Assembly: GCA_035221665.1 (NCBI GenBank)
Contig: CM069145.1
Span: 41,044,001 to 41,108,000, forward strand
Length of the DNA stretch: 64,000 nucleotides
Reading direction: 5' to 3'
Origin: Okamejei kenojei
Taxonomy: Eukaryota
Below are positions 36,001 to 46,927 of this stretch, piece by piece. The translations under genes were made by a program, and so were the position numbers. A model generated the notes under the pieces. It made no database searches and had not been told where the DNA came from. It saw only the letters and a list, made by a program, of their open reading frames with translations. Each line of letters begins with the position of its first letter. The first letter of the stretch is position 1.

Positions 36001-37672
36001 AATTAAGAGGTAAAGTTTAACTGATCTTCTCAAGGTGAAATGGGTTTGGGGTATAAGATCCCTCCATTCCCTCGTCCAGGATCCAGAGGTTTTTTTGCTC
36101 GGAGGGCGGTGAGTCATTCTGATCTCGGGCTTGAGATCGTGTCTGTGCCGCCTCCTCCCCAAGGACTTTGATTCCAGAACGTCCAGCGCGGAGGTTCTCC
36201 ATGTACTCCATGTCGGAGACGAGCTGACGGACTCGAACGTAGAAACCCAGCTCAGTCTGCGTCTGTCAACCTGTGTCGGATGACACGCAATGGAGCGGTG
36301 GGTGGCTCCGGGCCCGGTTTTCGGAAGCCAGTGGCAGGGAGGAGTGTGTGTGGCAGTGGGGAAAATAAACAGAGGATTTATATTGCTGTTCATCAGAGTG
36401 GCGCAGCGGTAGACTTGCTGCCTCACAGCGTCATCTCCTCCACAGAGCTACTCCAGCATTTTGTGTCTATCTTTGGTATATACCAGCATCTGCAGTTCCT
36501 TTTAATTACGTTCTGCTAACATGTCTGCTGCGCTTCTGAAAGTAAGAATTTCATTGTTCTGTTTCGGGTCATTTGACAATAAAAATGCTGTTGAATCTTG
36601 TCCCAGTCTGAAGAAGAGTCCCGACCTGAAACATCACCAATCCATGTTCTCCAGCGTGCTGCCTTAACCGCTGAGTTACTCCAGCACTCTGTGTCCATTT
36701 CTACACCCGACTGCCTGGATTAGTTCAGTTTAGTTCATTGTCCCGTGTACAGTAAAAAGCTTGGTGTGAGCTGTGCCGGGAATGACACTGGCTTAGATGG
36801 GGCATCTTGGGGGGCATGGACAAGTTGGGCCGAAGGGCCTGTTTCCATGCAGTATGACTCTATTAATGATGTTAACTCTTATTGCAGACGTTTTACGTGC
36901 GCTCGAGCAGGTTGACGGGCTGGTTCTCCAGTGCTCGAGCAAGAGAGAGAGTGCAGTGTTGCTGCCATGAAATGCCAGGCTCCTGCCGCTCCATCGCTGC
37001 CAGCAGAGTCTCCTCGTGGTACCGTCTGCAGGGCTTCCGTCTGACAGTAAGCGACGTCCCACTCAACGTCTAGATATTGAACCGACCTTGTGTATAGTCA
37101 CAAAGTGCTGGAGTAACTCAGCGGCTCAGGCAGCATCTCTGGCCAACATGGATAGGTGACGTTTCGGGTTGGGACCCTTCTTCATTCTCCGAGGCGTCAC
37201 CTATCCATGTTCTCCTGAGATGCTCCCCAACCCATTGAGTTACTCCAGCGCTGTGTCTTTTTTGGTAAACCGGTATCTACCGTTTCTTGTGTCTCCACTA
37301 TATTCTACACTCTGCTTATTCTCTCGTTTGCACTGCCTGAAGTGCTCCTGCATGACCAAACACAGAGCACTGGAGTAACTCAGCGGCTCAGGCAGCATCT
37401 CTGGAGAACACGGACAGGTGACGTTTCGGGTCGGGATCAGTCTGAAGAAGGGTCTTGAGCCGAAACATGGCCTATCCATGTTCTCCAGAGATGCTGCCTG
37501 ATCCGCTGAGTTACTCCGGCATTTTGTCTTTTTTGGTCAGCCAGCATCTGCAGTTCCTTGTACCTAACCCCGGACTGACTGCTGCTCTCTCTCTTCTCAG
37601 TGAGGCAGCCGAGCCGGTGCGGCGACCCGCGGAGTGGGTGGTGATGCGCGGTGAGTCCTGGCTTGCCGTGCA

Positions 37673-37909
37673 ATGAGGAAGCGGCTGCTGCAGACGTGCG
37701 GCACCATGCGCCTGATGTTGCGTTGCTGCGGGCTGGGGCGCAGGCGGAGGTCCCGGCTCCTGCACCGGGCTGCCACATACTGGACTTACTCCAAGCTGTG
37801 CGCCAACTCCCTGCTCTACAACTCCTTCACCAACAGCGATGTGCTCCTCGACTCCCTCTTCGAACCCATTTACTGGCTGGTGGACCACGTGACCCGCTGG
37901 TTTGGCGTG
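37673..37909 (+). CDS. ZDHHC16: ZDHHC16 first coding exon (exon starts at 37601)
   Basis: SLLYNSFTNSDVLLDSLFEPIYWLVDHVTRWFGV matches ZDHHC16; ttctcag| acceptor and |gtgagt donor. Confidence 0.93.
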
Positions 37910-38179
37910 GTGAGTATCGTAGTCCAAAGACTACAGCGTCACAGGACCGTTGCACTGGGCGCTGTCGAACATGGACCACGTCACCGTAATCATACTGCAC
38001 GGACACAGGCCCTTCAGCCCAACTTGTCCATGCCGGCCACATCAATGCTGGTCCCATCCATCTACACCTGTCCTATCCACGCACCTGTCTAACTGCTTCG
38101 TCAACATTGCGATAATACCTGCCTCGACTACCTCCTCCGGCAGCTCCTTCCATATGTCATATGACTTTCATATGAAAAA

Positions 38180-38600
38180 AGACTGGGTAGACTCGGCTTG
38201 TACTCGCTAGTATTTAGAAGATTGAGGGGGGATCTTATAGAAACTTAACGGGTTGGACAGGCTAGATGCAGGAAGATTGTTCCCGATGTTGGGGAAGTCC
38301 TGAACGAGGGGTCACGGTTTAAGGATAAGGGGGAAGTCTTTTAGGACTGAGATGAGAAAAATATTTTTCGAACAGAGAGTGGTGAATCGGCGGAATTCTC
38401 TGCCACAGAAGGTAGTTGAGGCCAGTTTATTGGCTATATTTAAGAGGGAGTTAGATGTGGCCCTTGTGGCTGAAGGGATCATGGGGTATGGAGAGAAGGC
38501 TGGTACAGGATACTGAGTTGGATGATCAGCCATGATCATATTGAATGGCGGTCGAAGGGCCGAATGGCCTACTCCTGCACCTATTTTCTATGTTTCCATA
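38180..38600 (+). mobile_element. CR1 LINE 3' fragment
   Basis: Near-identical to 8845-9280. Confidence 0.85.
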
Positions 38601-38926
38601 CACCAACCACCCTTTGTGTGAAAAAATAATTACCTCTTGGTTTCCTTTTAAATCTTTGCCCCTCACCTTAAACCACATCTCAAAGACGCGCAGGTTTGTG
38701 GTTTAATCGGCCCTCTGTGATTTGCCCCTCATGTGCATGGAGTGGATGAGGTAGTGGGATAACGTAGAACTTGCATGAAGGGTCGGCATGGGTTGGGTGA
38801 CCCAGGGTAATTGTGCCTGCTGCTGCGGGGATGGGGGGGGTTTGGGATGAATACACTTCGTGCAGAGGGAGCCCCTCACCCCCAGCTCCTCCGCCCTCAC
38901 CGTCTCCTCCAACCCCTCCCCTGCAG

Positions 38927-39121
38927 GTGTTTGTGGTCCTGGTGATCGTTCTGACGACCACCATCGTGCTGATTGTGTACGTGTGCATGCTGCCCGTCAT
39001 CTTCAGCACCTACCCGGCCGGCTGGGTGGCCTGGCACCTCTGCTACGGCCACTGGAACCTGGTGCAGATCATCTTCCACTACTACAAGGCCGTGCGCACG
39101 CTGCCCGGGCAGCCCACACAG
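38927..39121 (+). CDS. ZDHHC16: ZDHHC16 coding exon 2 (TM1-TM2)
   Basis: VFVVLVIVLTT...HWNLVQIIFHYYKAVRTLPGQPTQ, 195 nt, AG/GT bounded. Confidence 0.95.
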
Positions 39122-39779
39122 GTAGGGGTCTCCCCACGGGGGCATCCGCGAGGGCCCTGGCCTCAGCTTCGTGCTGGATGGGGGGGAAACGGGTGAGACG
39201 AGATGGGTGGGATGGGGGAGTAGGAGGGCCATCTCAGTGGGGGGGATGTGAGGGGGAGGGCGCAGAGTGGGGATGGGTGGGATGGGGGAGTGGGAGGGCC
39301 ATCTCAGTGGGGGGGATGTGAGGGGGAGGGTGCAGAGTGGGGATGGGTGGCATGTATAGAGGGGGGCCAGTAGGAGTGGAGGAAGAGGGGGTCTCGGTGG
39401 TGGATGGATGGGGGATCAACAGGGTCACAGAGGAGAGATGGGTAGGGTCGCAAAGGGCGGATGGGTGGGAATGGCCAGAGGTTAATTTTATCATCAGGGT
39501 CTATTGAGGTGGCATGCGGGCCGGAGGAATACTTTTATCAATGGAGTCATGGGGGGAATGGGACATTGTTGTCCCACAACCATCAGGAAATGGACGGAGG
39601 GCATTGGAATTTGGCTCGGGACCACTATGGGATAGATAAGGGACGGAGTGGATCTTGGTTTGGGCTCAGCGTCATTGAAGGTGAGGATGGAGTTTTGTTT
39701 TGCCTTAGGATGGGACAGCGTAGAGGGAGCTTCACTCTGCACCTAACCCGTGCCGTCCCTGCGATGAGACAGTGTGGAG

Positions 39780-40002
39780 CAAGGGTTCCCAACCTGGGGT
39801 AAATTTATCCCCCAGGGGGTATATTCCGCCTACCCAGCGGGTAAATTTGTTGATTCTGGATTTGTACATTATTTTTTCTCATTGACTGACTGTGTTTGGT
39901 TCTGGTATACTGGTATCTGTTCATCATTAGTTGTTCACAAAATAAGTGAAATAACTTTGTCATGTGCTATTAAAGTTGCCAGAGATAGGTTGGGAACCCC
40001 TG
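39780..40002. mobile_element. hAT-type MITE
   Basis: TIRs CAAGGGTTCCCAACC / GGTTGGGAACCCCTG; degenerate 8-bp TSD GTGTGGAG / GTGCAGAG. Confidence 0.75.
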
Positions 40003-40080
40003 GTGCAGAGGGCGTGTCACTGCTTCTACGTAACTTTGTACCAGCTCCACATTTTAAAAGGTTTCTCCTTGTCCTTACAG

Positions 40081-40169
40081 GGTAAAAGCGACATTCCGAT
40101 GGTCTCTATCTGCAGGAAGTGTATTAATCCCAAGCCACCTCGAGCCCATCACTGCAGCATATGTAACCG
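40081..40169 (+). CDS. ZDHHC16: ZDHHC16 coding exon 3 (GKSDIPMVSICRKCINPKPPRAHHCSICNR)
   Basis: DHHC cysteine-rich domain, 89 nt. Confidence 0.96.
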
Positions 40170-40711
40170 GTGAGACGAGGCCCAATGTTTCCGGGTGGGG
40201 TGGGGAGGGCGAGTGGGTGGCTTGGTGCCTGGGGAGGAGGGAAGTCACCCTGTATCTCTTAGCTGCGGATACCCCAAGGAGTGCGGGCGGCGCAGTGGAG
40301 CGCCTGTTACAGCCGCTGCCTCACAGTGCCAGAGAGCTGGGTTCGATCCCGACCTCGGCTGCTGTCAGTGTGTGGATGTTGCACGTTCTCCCTGTGGCTG
40401 TGTGGGTTTCCTCAGGGCGCTCTGGTTTCCCCCCCCCCCCACGTCTCAAAGACGTGCCGGTTTGTAGATTAGTGGATCTCTGTAAATTGCCCCTAGTGTG
40501 TAGGGAGTGGATGAAAATGGGAAAACAGAACAAGTGTGAACGGGTGATCACGGGCCGGTGGGACGACGGGCCTGTTACCACGTTGTATTGCTAAACACAA
40601 AATAACTGTTGCTGTGGCCAGGGACTCTGCTCACAAACTCAGTCTGGGACTGGGTGCTGCCTGAAAGGTCTGTCTGAGTAGATTCAATGGCAGCTTTCCA
40701 AAGGGCGATTG

Positions 40712-41200
40712 CAGTAAGCCCTTGTTTTCGCGGACGTCTTTGTATCGGATTACGGTTATAACGGGCGGGCCTGCCGACCTTCACCGCCAGGCCAGGCTGT
40801 AGAAGCCACCTCTGGCTCACACCGCCGCCGTGGCACACGCCGCCCCACCTACACTCCGGCCACCCACGGCCATTGACTCCGCCGATCCTCTCCTCTCCCC
40901 TCCCCTGGCCACCAACACGCAGGGACGACGACAAACCTGGATTCCAGGCCCAGGCCCGGACCGAGAGTGTCTGGGCCTGGGCAAGAGCCCGGACTGAAGA
41001 GGGGTCTCGAACCCAAACGTCAAGTATCCATGTTTTCCAGAGTTACTGCCTGACACGCTGAGATACTCCAGCACTTTGCATCTGCAGTTGTTTGTTTCTA
41101 CTAGTTATACAATGATAATCCCTTACTCGCTTATAGCGGACAACCGGCAATAACGGACACCTGTCCCCCGCTATGGTCCTTTATTAACGAGGGCTTACTG
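40712..41200. mobile_element. Tc1/mariner (Tigger/pogo-like) MITE with an internal Penelope-like fragment
   Basis: TIRs CAGTAAGCCCTTGTT / AACGAGGGCTTACTG followed by TA. Confidence 0.65.
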
Positions 41201-41309
41201 TACTTAAATGGGGAAAATAAATGACTGGGGGTGATGGATGTGGGTGAAGCTAGACTCAGGCCTTAACTTGTACAATCTGAACATTAATTTGGCATGTTCT
41301 GTTTTCCAG

Positions 41310-41338
41310 ATGTATCTTGAAGATGGATCATCATTGTC
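41310..41338 (+). CDS. ZDHHC16: ZDHHC16 coding exon 4 (CILKMDHHC), catalytic DHHC motif
   Basis: ttccag|A TGT...TGT C|GTATCCTTG, 29 nt. Confidence 0.96.
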
Positions 41339-41740
41339 GTATCCTTGTTTCAATCTCTTTTGTACATGTTTTTAATGTGGATTAGTGGGTGAAAGTGATC
41401 AGACTTTGTTTAAGAAGGGTCTGCAGATGCAGATGCTGGAAAATCGAAGGTAGACAAAAAAGCTGGAGAAACTCAGCGGGTGAGGCAGCATCTATGGAGG
41501 AGAGGAGGAGAACCTCTTCACCTGGAGACTCCATAGATGCTGCCTCACCCGCTGAGTTTTTCCAGCGTTTTTTGCCAGACTCGGGTACACAGTCCATGCA
41601 CTGCACTGTCCCGTCACACACTCCCAGGGCAGGGACAGCACGGGTTCGACACATGGTGGAGCTGGTTTAGGGGTTGAGGGAGGGAGCTATGGCACAGATA
41701 ACTACTTGTGTTCAGCGTTACCTCCTTGACTGCGGCACAG
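41339..41740 (+). other. U12-type GT-AG intron of ZDHHC16
   Basis: 5' splice site GTATCCTT; branch point TCCTTGAC at 41723-41730, 10 nt from the exon; no polypyrimidine tract. Confidence 0.92.
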
Positions 41741-41874
41741 CCTGGCTGAATAACTGCGTTGGTCACTACAATCACCGCTACTTCTTCTCCTTCTGCCTGT
41801 TTATGACGCTGGGTTGCATCTACTGCAGCGTGAGCAGCAGGGAGATGTTTGTGGACGCCTACCTCACCATCAAC
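41741..41874 (+). CDS. ZDHHC16: ZDHHC16 coding exon 5 (PWLNNCVGHYNHRYFFSFCLFMTLG...)
   Basis: 134 nt, |gtaagc donor. Confidence 0.96.
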
Positions 41875-42936
41875 GTAAGCAACTGCTCCGGGCGTAGGCC
41901 GTACGTGCCTCGCGATCCCTGCCCCGCCATCCTCTTCAGACTTTAGAGACACAGTGCGGAAACAGGCCCTTCGGCCCACCGAGACCGTACCCGCCAGCGA
42001 TCACCCCGTACACTAGCACTATCCTACACACTAGGGACAATTTACAGAAGCCAACCTACCAATCTGTATGGCTGTGGAGGAAACCAGAGAACCCGGAAAA
42101 AATCCACGTGGACAAACTCCGTACAGACAGCTCCCGTAGTCGGGATCGAACTCGGGTGTCTGGCGCTGTGAGGCAGCAACTCCACCGCTGCGCCACTGTG
42201 CTGCCCCCTGCAGGAAGGATGTTTATCACGGGGACGCGTGGCTTCGCTGCCCTGCGCTAGCCCTCCTCCCACCACAGGGGAACACATTCACAGTACTGTG
42301 TGTGTGTGCTTCTGCTCCCTCGAGTACAGGAACGATGTAATGAAAGGACAATAAAGTGCTTGGGTAACTCAGCGGGTCAGGCAGCATCTCTGATAGATGA
42401 CATTTTGGGTTGGCGCCCTTCTTTGGACTCTTCCGTCCCGACTCGAAACGTCACCTATCCATGTCCTCCTGAGATGCTGCCTGACCCGCTGAGTTTTAAC
42501 TGTTTCTACATCTTCCCATCTGGCAGCTCATCCAGGTACGGACTACCCTCAGACTTAAAAAGTTGCCCCAAACCCCACCGAAATCTCTCCCCTCTCGCCG
42601 TAAGCTTATGGCCTCTAGTTTTAGAATCCTCTACCCTGCGGAAAGTGACTGTGAGCGTTCACTTTCTCCATGCCCCTCGTGTTCTTGTACACCTCAATGA
42701 GGTCACCCTTCAGGGGTGGCACAGGAGTACAGTGTTTTCACTTCTCTGTCTCTTGCCTGATGGGGGAGGGGAGAAGAGAAGTGACTGGGGTGAGATGGTC
42801 CTTGATTCTGCCTCTGTCCAAGCCGAGGCAGCATGAAGTGCGGATGGGGGGGCATCTTGGACGCTGTGGGCAAGTTTGGATGGAGGGCCTGTTTCCGTGC
42901 TGTAATACTGACCCTCTTTCTTTCTCTCACACATAG

Positions 42937-43016
42937 ATGGCCACCGCAGCTCCCACCATCTCGTTCCGAGAAAGGGCTTTCCACAAGTCCATCATTTACC
43001 TCTGGGTTCTCTGCAG
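42937..43016 (+). CDS. ZDHHC16: ZDHHC16 coding exon 6 (MATAAPTISFRERAFHKSIIYLWVLCS)
   Basis: acatag|...|gtcagc, 80 nt; matches human SFRERMTHKSLVYLWFLCS. Confidence 0.92.
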
Positions 43017-43116
43017 GTCAGCGCTCTCCTCCTGATGTCCACCTCGCATTGCGGGATCTCAGCACAAAGTTGTAGCCATCTTTGAGTAAGAGCCATGACT
43101 TGCAATGAGCCAAGAT

Positions 43117-43215
43117 CTTCACAGCAACTATACTAAAATTGGAACAACGCAGAGAAGATCAGCACGGCCCTTGCTCAAGGATAATACACCGATTTGTGAA
43201 GTGTTCCATGTTTTT
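43117..43215 (+). pseudogene. RNU6: U6 snRNA pseudogene (near full length)
   Basis: TATACTAAAATTGGAAC..CAGAGAAGATCAGCACGGCCC..GCTCAAGGAT..GTGAAGTGTTCCATGTTTTT aligns by eye to U6 with many substitutions. Confidence 0.9.
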
Positions 43216-43640
43216 AAGAGTGCAGAGTAGATATACAAGGATGTTCCCGGGACTTGAGGGTCTGAGATACAGGGCAAGGTTGGAACACAAGAGGCTTATA
43301 GAGATGTATCTTATAGAGGTGTATAATAGCATGAGGGGAATAGGGTAAATGCACAGAATCTTTTACCCAGAGTTGAAGAATCAAGAACCAGAGGACATAG
43401 GTTTAACATGAGAGGGCAAAGATTTAATAGGGATAACTTTTTCACTCAGATGGTGGCCAGCACGTGGAACAAGCTGCCAAAATAGCATTTAATGGACATT
43501 TGGACAGGGACATGGACATGGACAAGAAAGGTTTAGTGGGATGTGGGCCAAGCACAGGCAGGTGGGACTAATGTAGATGTGGCATCTTGGTCAGCATGGA
43601 CGAGTTGGGCTGAAGGGCCTGTTTCCGTGCTGTATGACTG
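43216..43640 (+). mobile_element. CR1 LINE 3' fragment fused directly to the U6 copy
   Basis: RVQSRYTRMFPGLEGLRYRARL, then the CR1 3' UTR ending GAAGGGCCTGTTTCCGTGCTGTATGACT. Confidence 0.85.
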
Positions 43641-43709
43641 CGGTGTAGGGCGGGATGTTTGCAGGATCTGATCAGGTGCCGCATGAGTGCAGATGTCCAT
43701 CCATCATGT

Positions 43710-44120
43710 GAGCTCCATCCAAGACCGCAAGAAAATGCAGAGAATTGTGGACGCAGCCCAGACCATAAAAAAACCCAACCTCCCTTCCATTGACTCTGTC
43801 TACACCAGGCTGCCTCAACAAGGCCACCAGCATAATCAAGGACCCGTCTCGTCGCGGTCACTCCCTTTTCTCCCCTCCCCCATCAGGCAAGAGGTGCAGT
43901 AGTGTGAAAACCCACACTTCCAGATTCAGGGACAGTTTCTTCCCAGCTGTTATTAGGCAACTGAACCATCCTATCACCAACAACTAGAGAGCGGTCCTGA
44001 ACCATATACATCATCGGAGACCCTCAGACTATCTTTATCTGACATCACTGGACCATCTTGCATTATATTCCCTTTATCCTGTATATGTACACTAGTTAGC
44101 TCAGTTGTAATCATGTATAG
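43710..44120 (+). mobile_element. Rex1/Babar-like LINE 3' fragment
   Basis: IIKDPSRRGHSLFSPPPSGKR...TSRFRDSFFPAVIRQLN. Related fragments near 31030 (+), 46400 (-), 58180 (-) and 61040 (-). Confidence 0.7.
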
Positions 44121-44498
44121 TTCTGAAGTTCATGTTCATAAGTGAAAGGAGCAGAATTAGGCCATTCAATTGTGGCTGATCTATCTTTACCTCTCAACCC
44201 CGTTCTCCTGGCTTCTCTCGACACCCGTACTAATCAAGAATCTTTGCCTTCAAAATATCCATTAATTATAAAAAAATGAAATTTATCCATTGACCATATA
44301 CATATTGTCTTTCTGCTGACTGGATAGCAGACAACAAAAAGCTTTTCACTGTACCGCAGTACACGTGACAATAATAAGTTAAACTAAGTTGAGATCTCCC
44401 TCACCCCACCCTTGTCCGCAGCTCCGGAGACCCTGGGTGCTTGAGTGGGCTTTGTTTGGCGGTGCCGTTAATGCATCCCCCTCTCTCTCTCCCGCTAG

Positions 44499-44622
44499 CT
44501 CGGTGGCTCTGGCCCTCAGCGGCCTCACTCTGTGGCACATGGTACTTATCTTGTGTGGGGAGACCAGTATCGAGAGGCACATCAACAAGAAGGAACGGCA
44601 GAGACAGCAGCAGAAGGGCCGG
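44499..44622 (+). CDS. ZDHHC16: ZDHHC16 coding exon 7 (SVALALSGLTLWHMVLILCGETSIERHINKKER...)
   Basis: 124 nt; TTxE-like GETSIE motif. Confidence 0.96.
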
Positions 44623-45705
44623 GTAAGTTCTGTCCTGTCCCGTTTCGGGACATAATGACAATAGTCGCTGAAGTTTAGAAGGATGAGGGGGAAGGGGGGG
44701 ATCTCACTGAAAGTTACCGAACAGTGAAAGGCCTGGATAGAGTGGATGTGGAAATGATGTTTCCTCTAGTGGGAGAGTCTATGGCCAGAGGCCAGAGGCC
44801 ACAGCCTCAGAATGAAAGGATGTACCTTTAGAAAGGAGATGAGGAGGAATTCCTTCAGACAGAGGATGGTGAGCCTGTGGAATTCATTGCCACAGACAGC
44901 TGTGGAAGCCAAGTCATTGGATATTTTAAGGTGTAGATTGACAGAATCTTGATTAGTAAGGGTGTCAGAGGGTATGGGATGAAGACAGGAGAATGGGGTT
45001 GAGAGGGAAAAATAGATCAGTCATGACTGAATGGCTGGGTAGACCCTTACTAATCAAGAATCTGTTAATCTCTGCTTTAAACATACTCAGTGCGTTGGCC
45101 TCCACAGTCTTATGTGACAGTAAATTCCACAGATTCGTCACCCTCTGCCTCAAGAAATTCCTCCTCATCTCCTTTCTAAATGTACGCCCTTTTATCCTGA
45201 GGCTATGGCCTCTGGCCCTAGACACTCCCACTCTATCCAGACCTTTCACTGACCTTTGGAGACCTGGTGGAGAGAGGCGGGTGGGAAACTGCCTGGCCAA
45301 GTTGGCGCTTCACAGGTCCAGGCAGTGGGCTGTTGGTGACCCAGGCCGACTGCCTGCCCCTCTTCCAAGGATGTCATTGAAGAGAGAGCCCACGGTGTTC
45401 ACTGCCTCTCCCGAGTCCTTCTGGTGAGTGCCACAGGGGCGGGAGGGTATTTACTTAATATTGGAGTATTCAATCTTCAGACCATGAGTTGTAAGCTCAT
45501 GCCTTCTATAATTCTGTTCTGCTGAAGCAAAGCAAGAATGTCATTGTCCTATCTGGGACACATGACAATAAACTCTCTTGAATCTCTTGAATATTGAATC
45601 TTGAGCTACCCAAGTGGAATAAGAGGTGCTGTTCCTCCAGCTGAACTCTAGTTGCCTCTGACCCGCTATTCACAGCATTTTGACATTGTCCTTCTCTCTG
45701 AACAG

Positions 45706-45776
45706 GTTTTCCGAAATCCATTTCACGCGGGAAAACTGAACAACTTGAAAATATTTCTGGGAATAGAAAAACGGAG
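45706..45776 (+). CDS. ZDHHC16: ZDHHC16 coding exon 8 (VFRNPFHAGKLNNLKIFLGIEKR)
   Basis: gaacag|...|gtaaaa, 71 nt; PaCCT-type motif. Confidence 0.93.
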
Positions 45777-46815
45777 GTAAAATGTGTTAAAGTGGGGGAG
45801 AGTGTGTCTTGAGAGAGGGTAGAGATGGGCTGTTGAAGATCTGCTATGATTATTCCTTGCGGACGCACCACAGTTGTGGGCAATGTTCTGTTGTGGGGAC
45901 AGGTTTAGGTTTTTATTGTCACATGTACCGAGGTACAGTGAAAAGCTTTTTTCGTGTGCAAATAAGTGAAATAACTTTGTCATGTGCTAACCGGTCAGTG
46001 GAAAGAATCTGTGGAAAAATACATTATTATAATTGAGCCATCCATAGTGTACAGGTACAGGATAAAGCGGATAATGTTTAGTGCAAGATAAAGGCCAGTA
46101 AACAATAGACAATAGGTGCGGGAGTAGGCCCTTCGAGCCAGCACCGCCATTCAATGTGATCATGGCTGATCATCCCCAATCAGTACCCCGTTCCTGCCTT
46201 TCCCCCCCCATATCCCCTGACTCCGCTATTTTTAAGAGCCTTATCTAGCTCTCTCTTGGAAGCATCCAGAGAACCTGCCTCCACCGCCCTCTGAGGCAGA
46301 GAATTCCACAGACTCACCACTCTCTGTGAGAAAAAGTGTTTCCTCGTCTCCGTTCTAAATGGCTTACTCCTTATTCTTAAAGTCCGATTAAAGATAGTCC
46401 AAGGGTCTCCAATGAGGTAGATAGTAGCTCAGGACCACTCTCTAGTTGCGTGCTATCCAAACAGATCAGATAATGCTATACATAGATACAATCTAGTCAA
46501 ACTCAAGTACAACAAGCAGAGCAAAGGGGAAGGTACAGAGGGCAGAATACAGTTCACAGCATTGTAGCTCACCAGTTCCAGAGACAAACTCCAATGTCTG
46601 TAATGGGGTAGAGGCGAATCGGACAGTACCCTAGCGAATGGAAGGACCGTTCCGAAGCCTGATAACAGAGGGGAAGAATATGTTCCCGAGTCTGGTGGTG
46701 TGCACTTCTAAGCTTCTGTACCTCCTGCCTGATGGGAGCGGGGAGGAGGAGGAATGACAGGGGAGGTAGGTGCGGTAATGACTGTTGTATTCATGCACAT
46801 CCTCCTGTGTTGCAG

Positions 46816-46927
46816 CCACTGGGTGACTCGTTTGCTGCTCCCTTCCGCACACCTTCCGTACGGAGATGGAATGGTGTGGACACTACCGGCATCCTTCACT
46901 GTGGACAAGACAATCTTGGCGATTTGA
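46816..46927 (+). CDS. ZDHHC16: ZDHHC16 last coding exon (HWVTRLLLPSAHLPYGDGMVW...ILAI*)
   Basis: ttgcag| acceptor, TGA at 46925-46927. Total CDS is 1071 nt = 356 aa. First downstream AATAAA is near 47290. Confidence 0.93.

Noticed and set aside
41875-42936. Orthologue of the short alternative ZDHHC16 exon recalled from human
   Set aside because: The intron is mostly SINE and repeat sequence, and no convincing exon was found by eye.
43117-43215. Functional U6 gene
   Set aside because: The 5' end is eroded, the ACAGAGA box is mutated to GCAGAGA, there are many substitutions, no upstream promoter is evident, and it is fused to a LINE.
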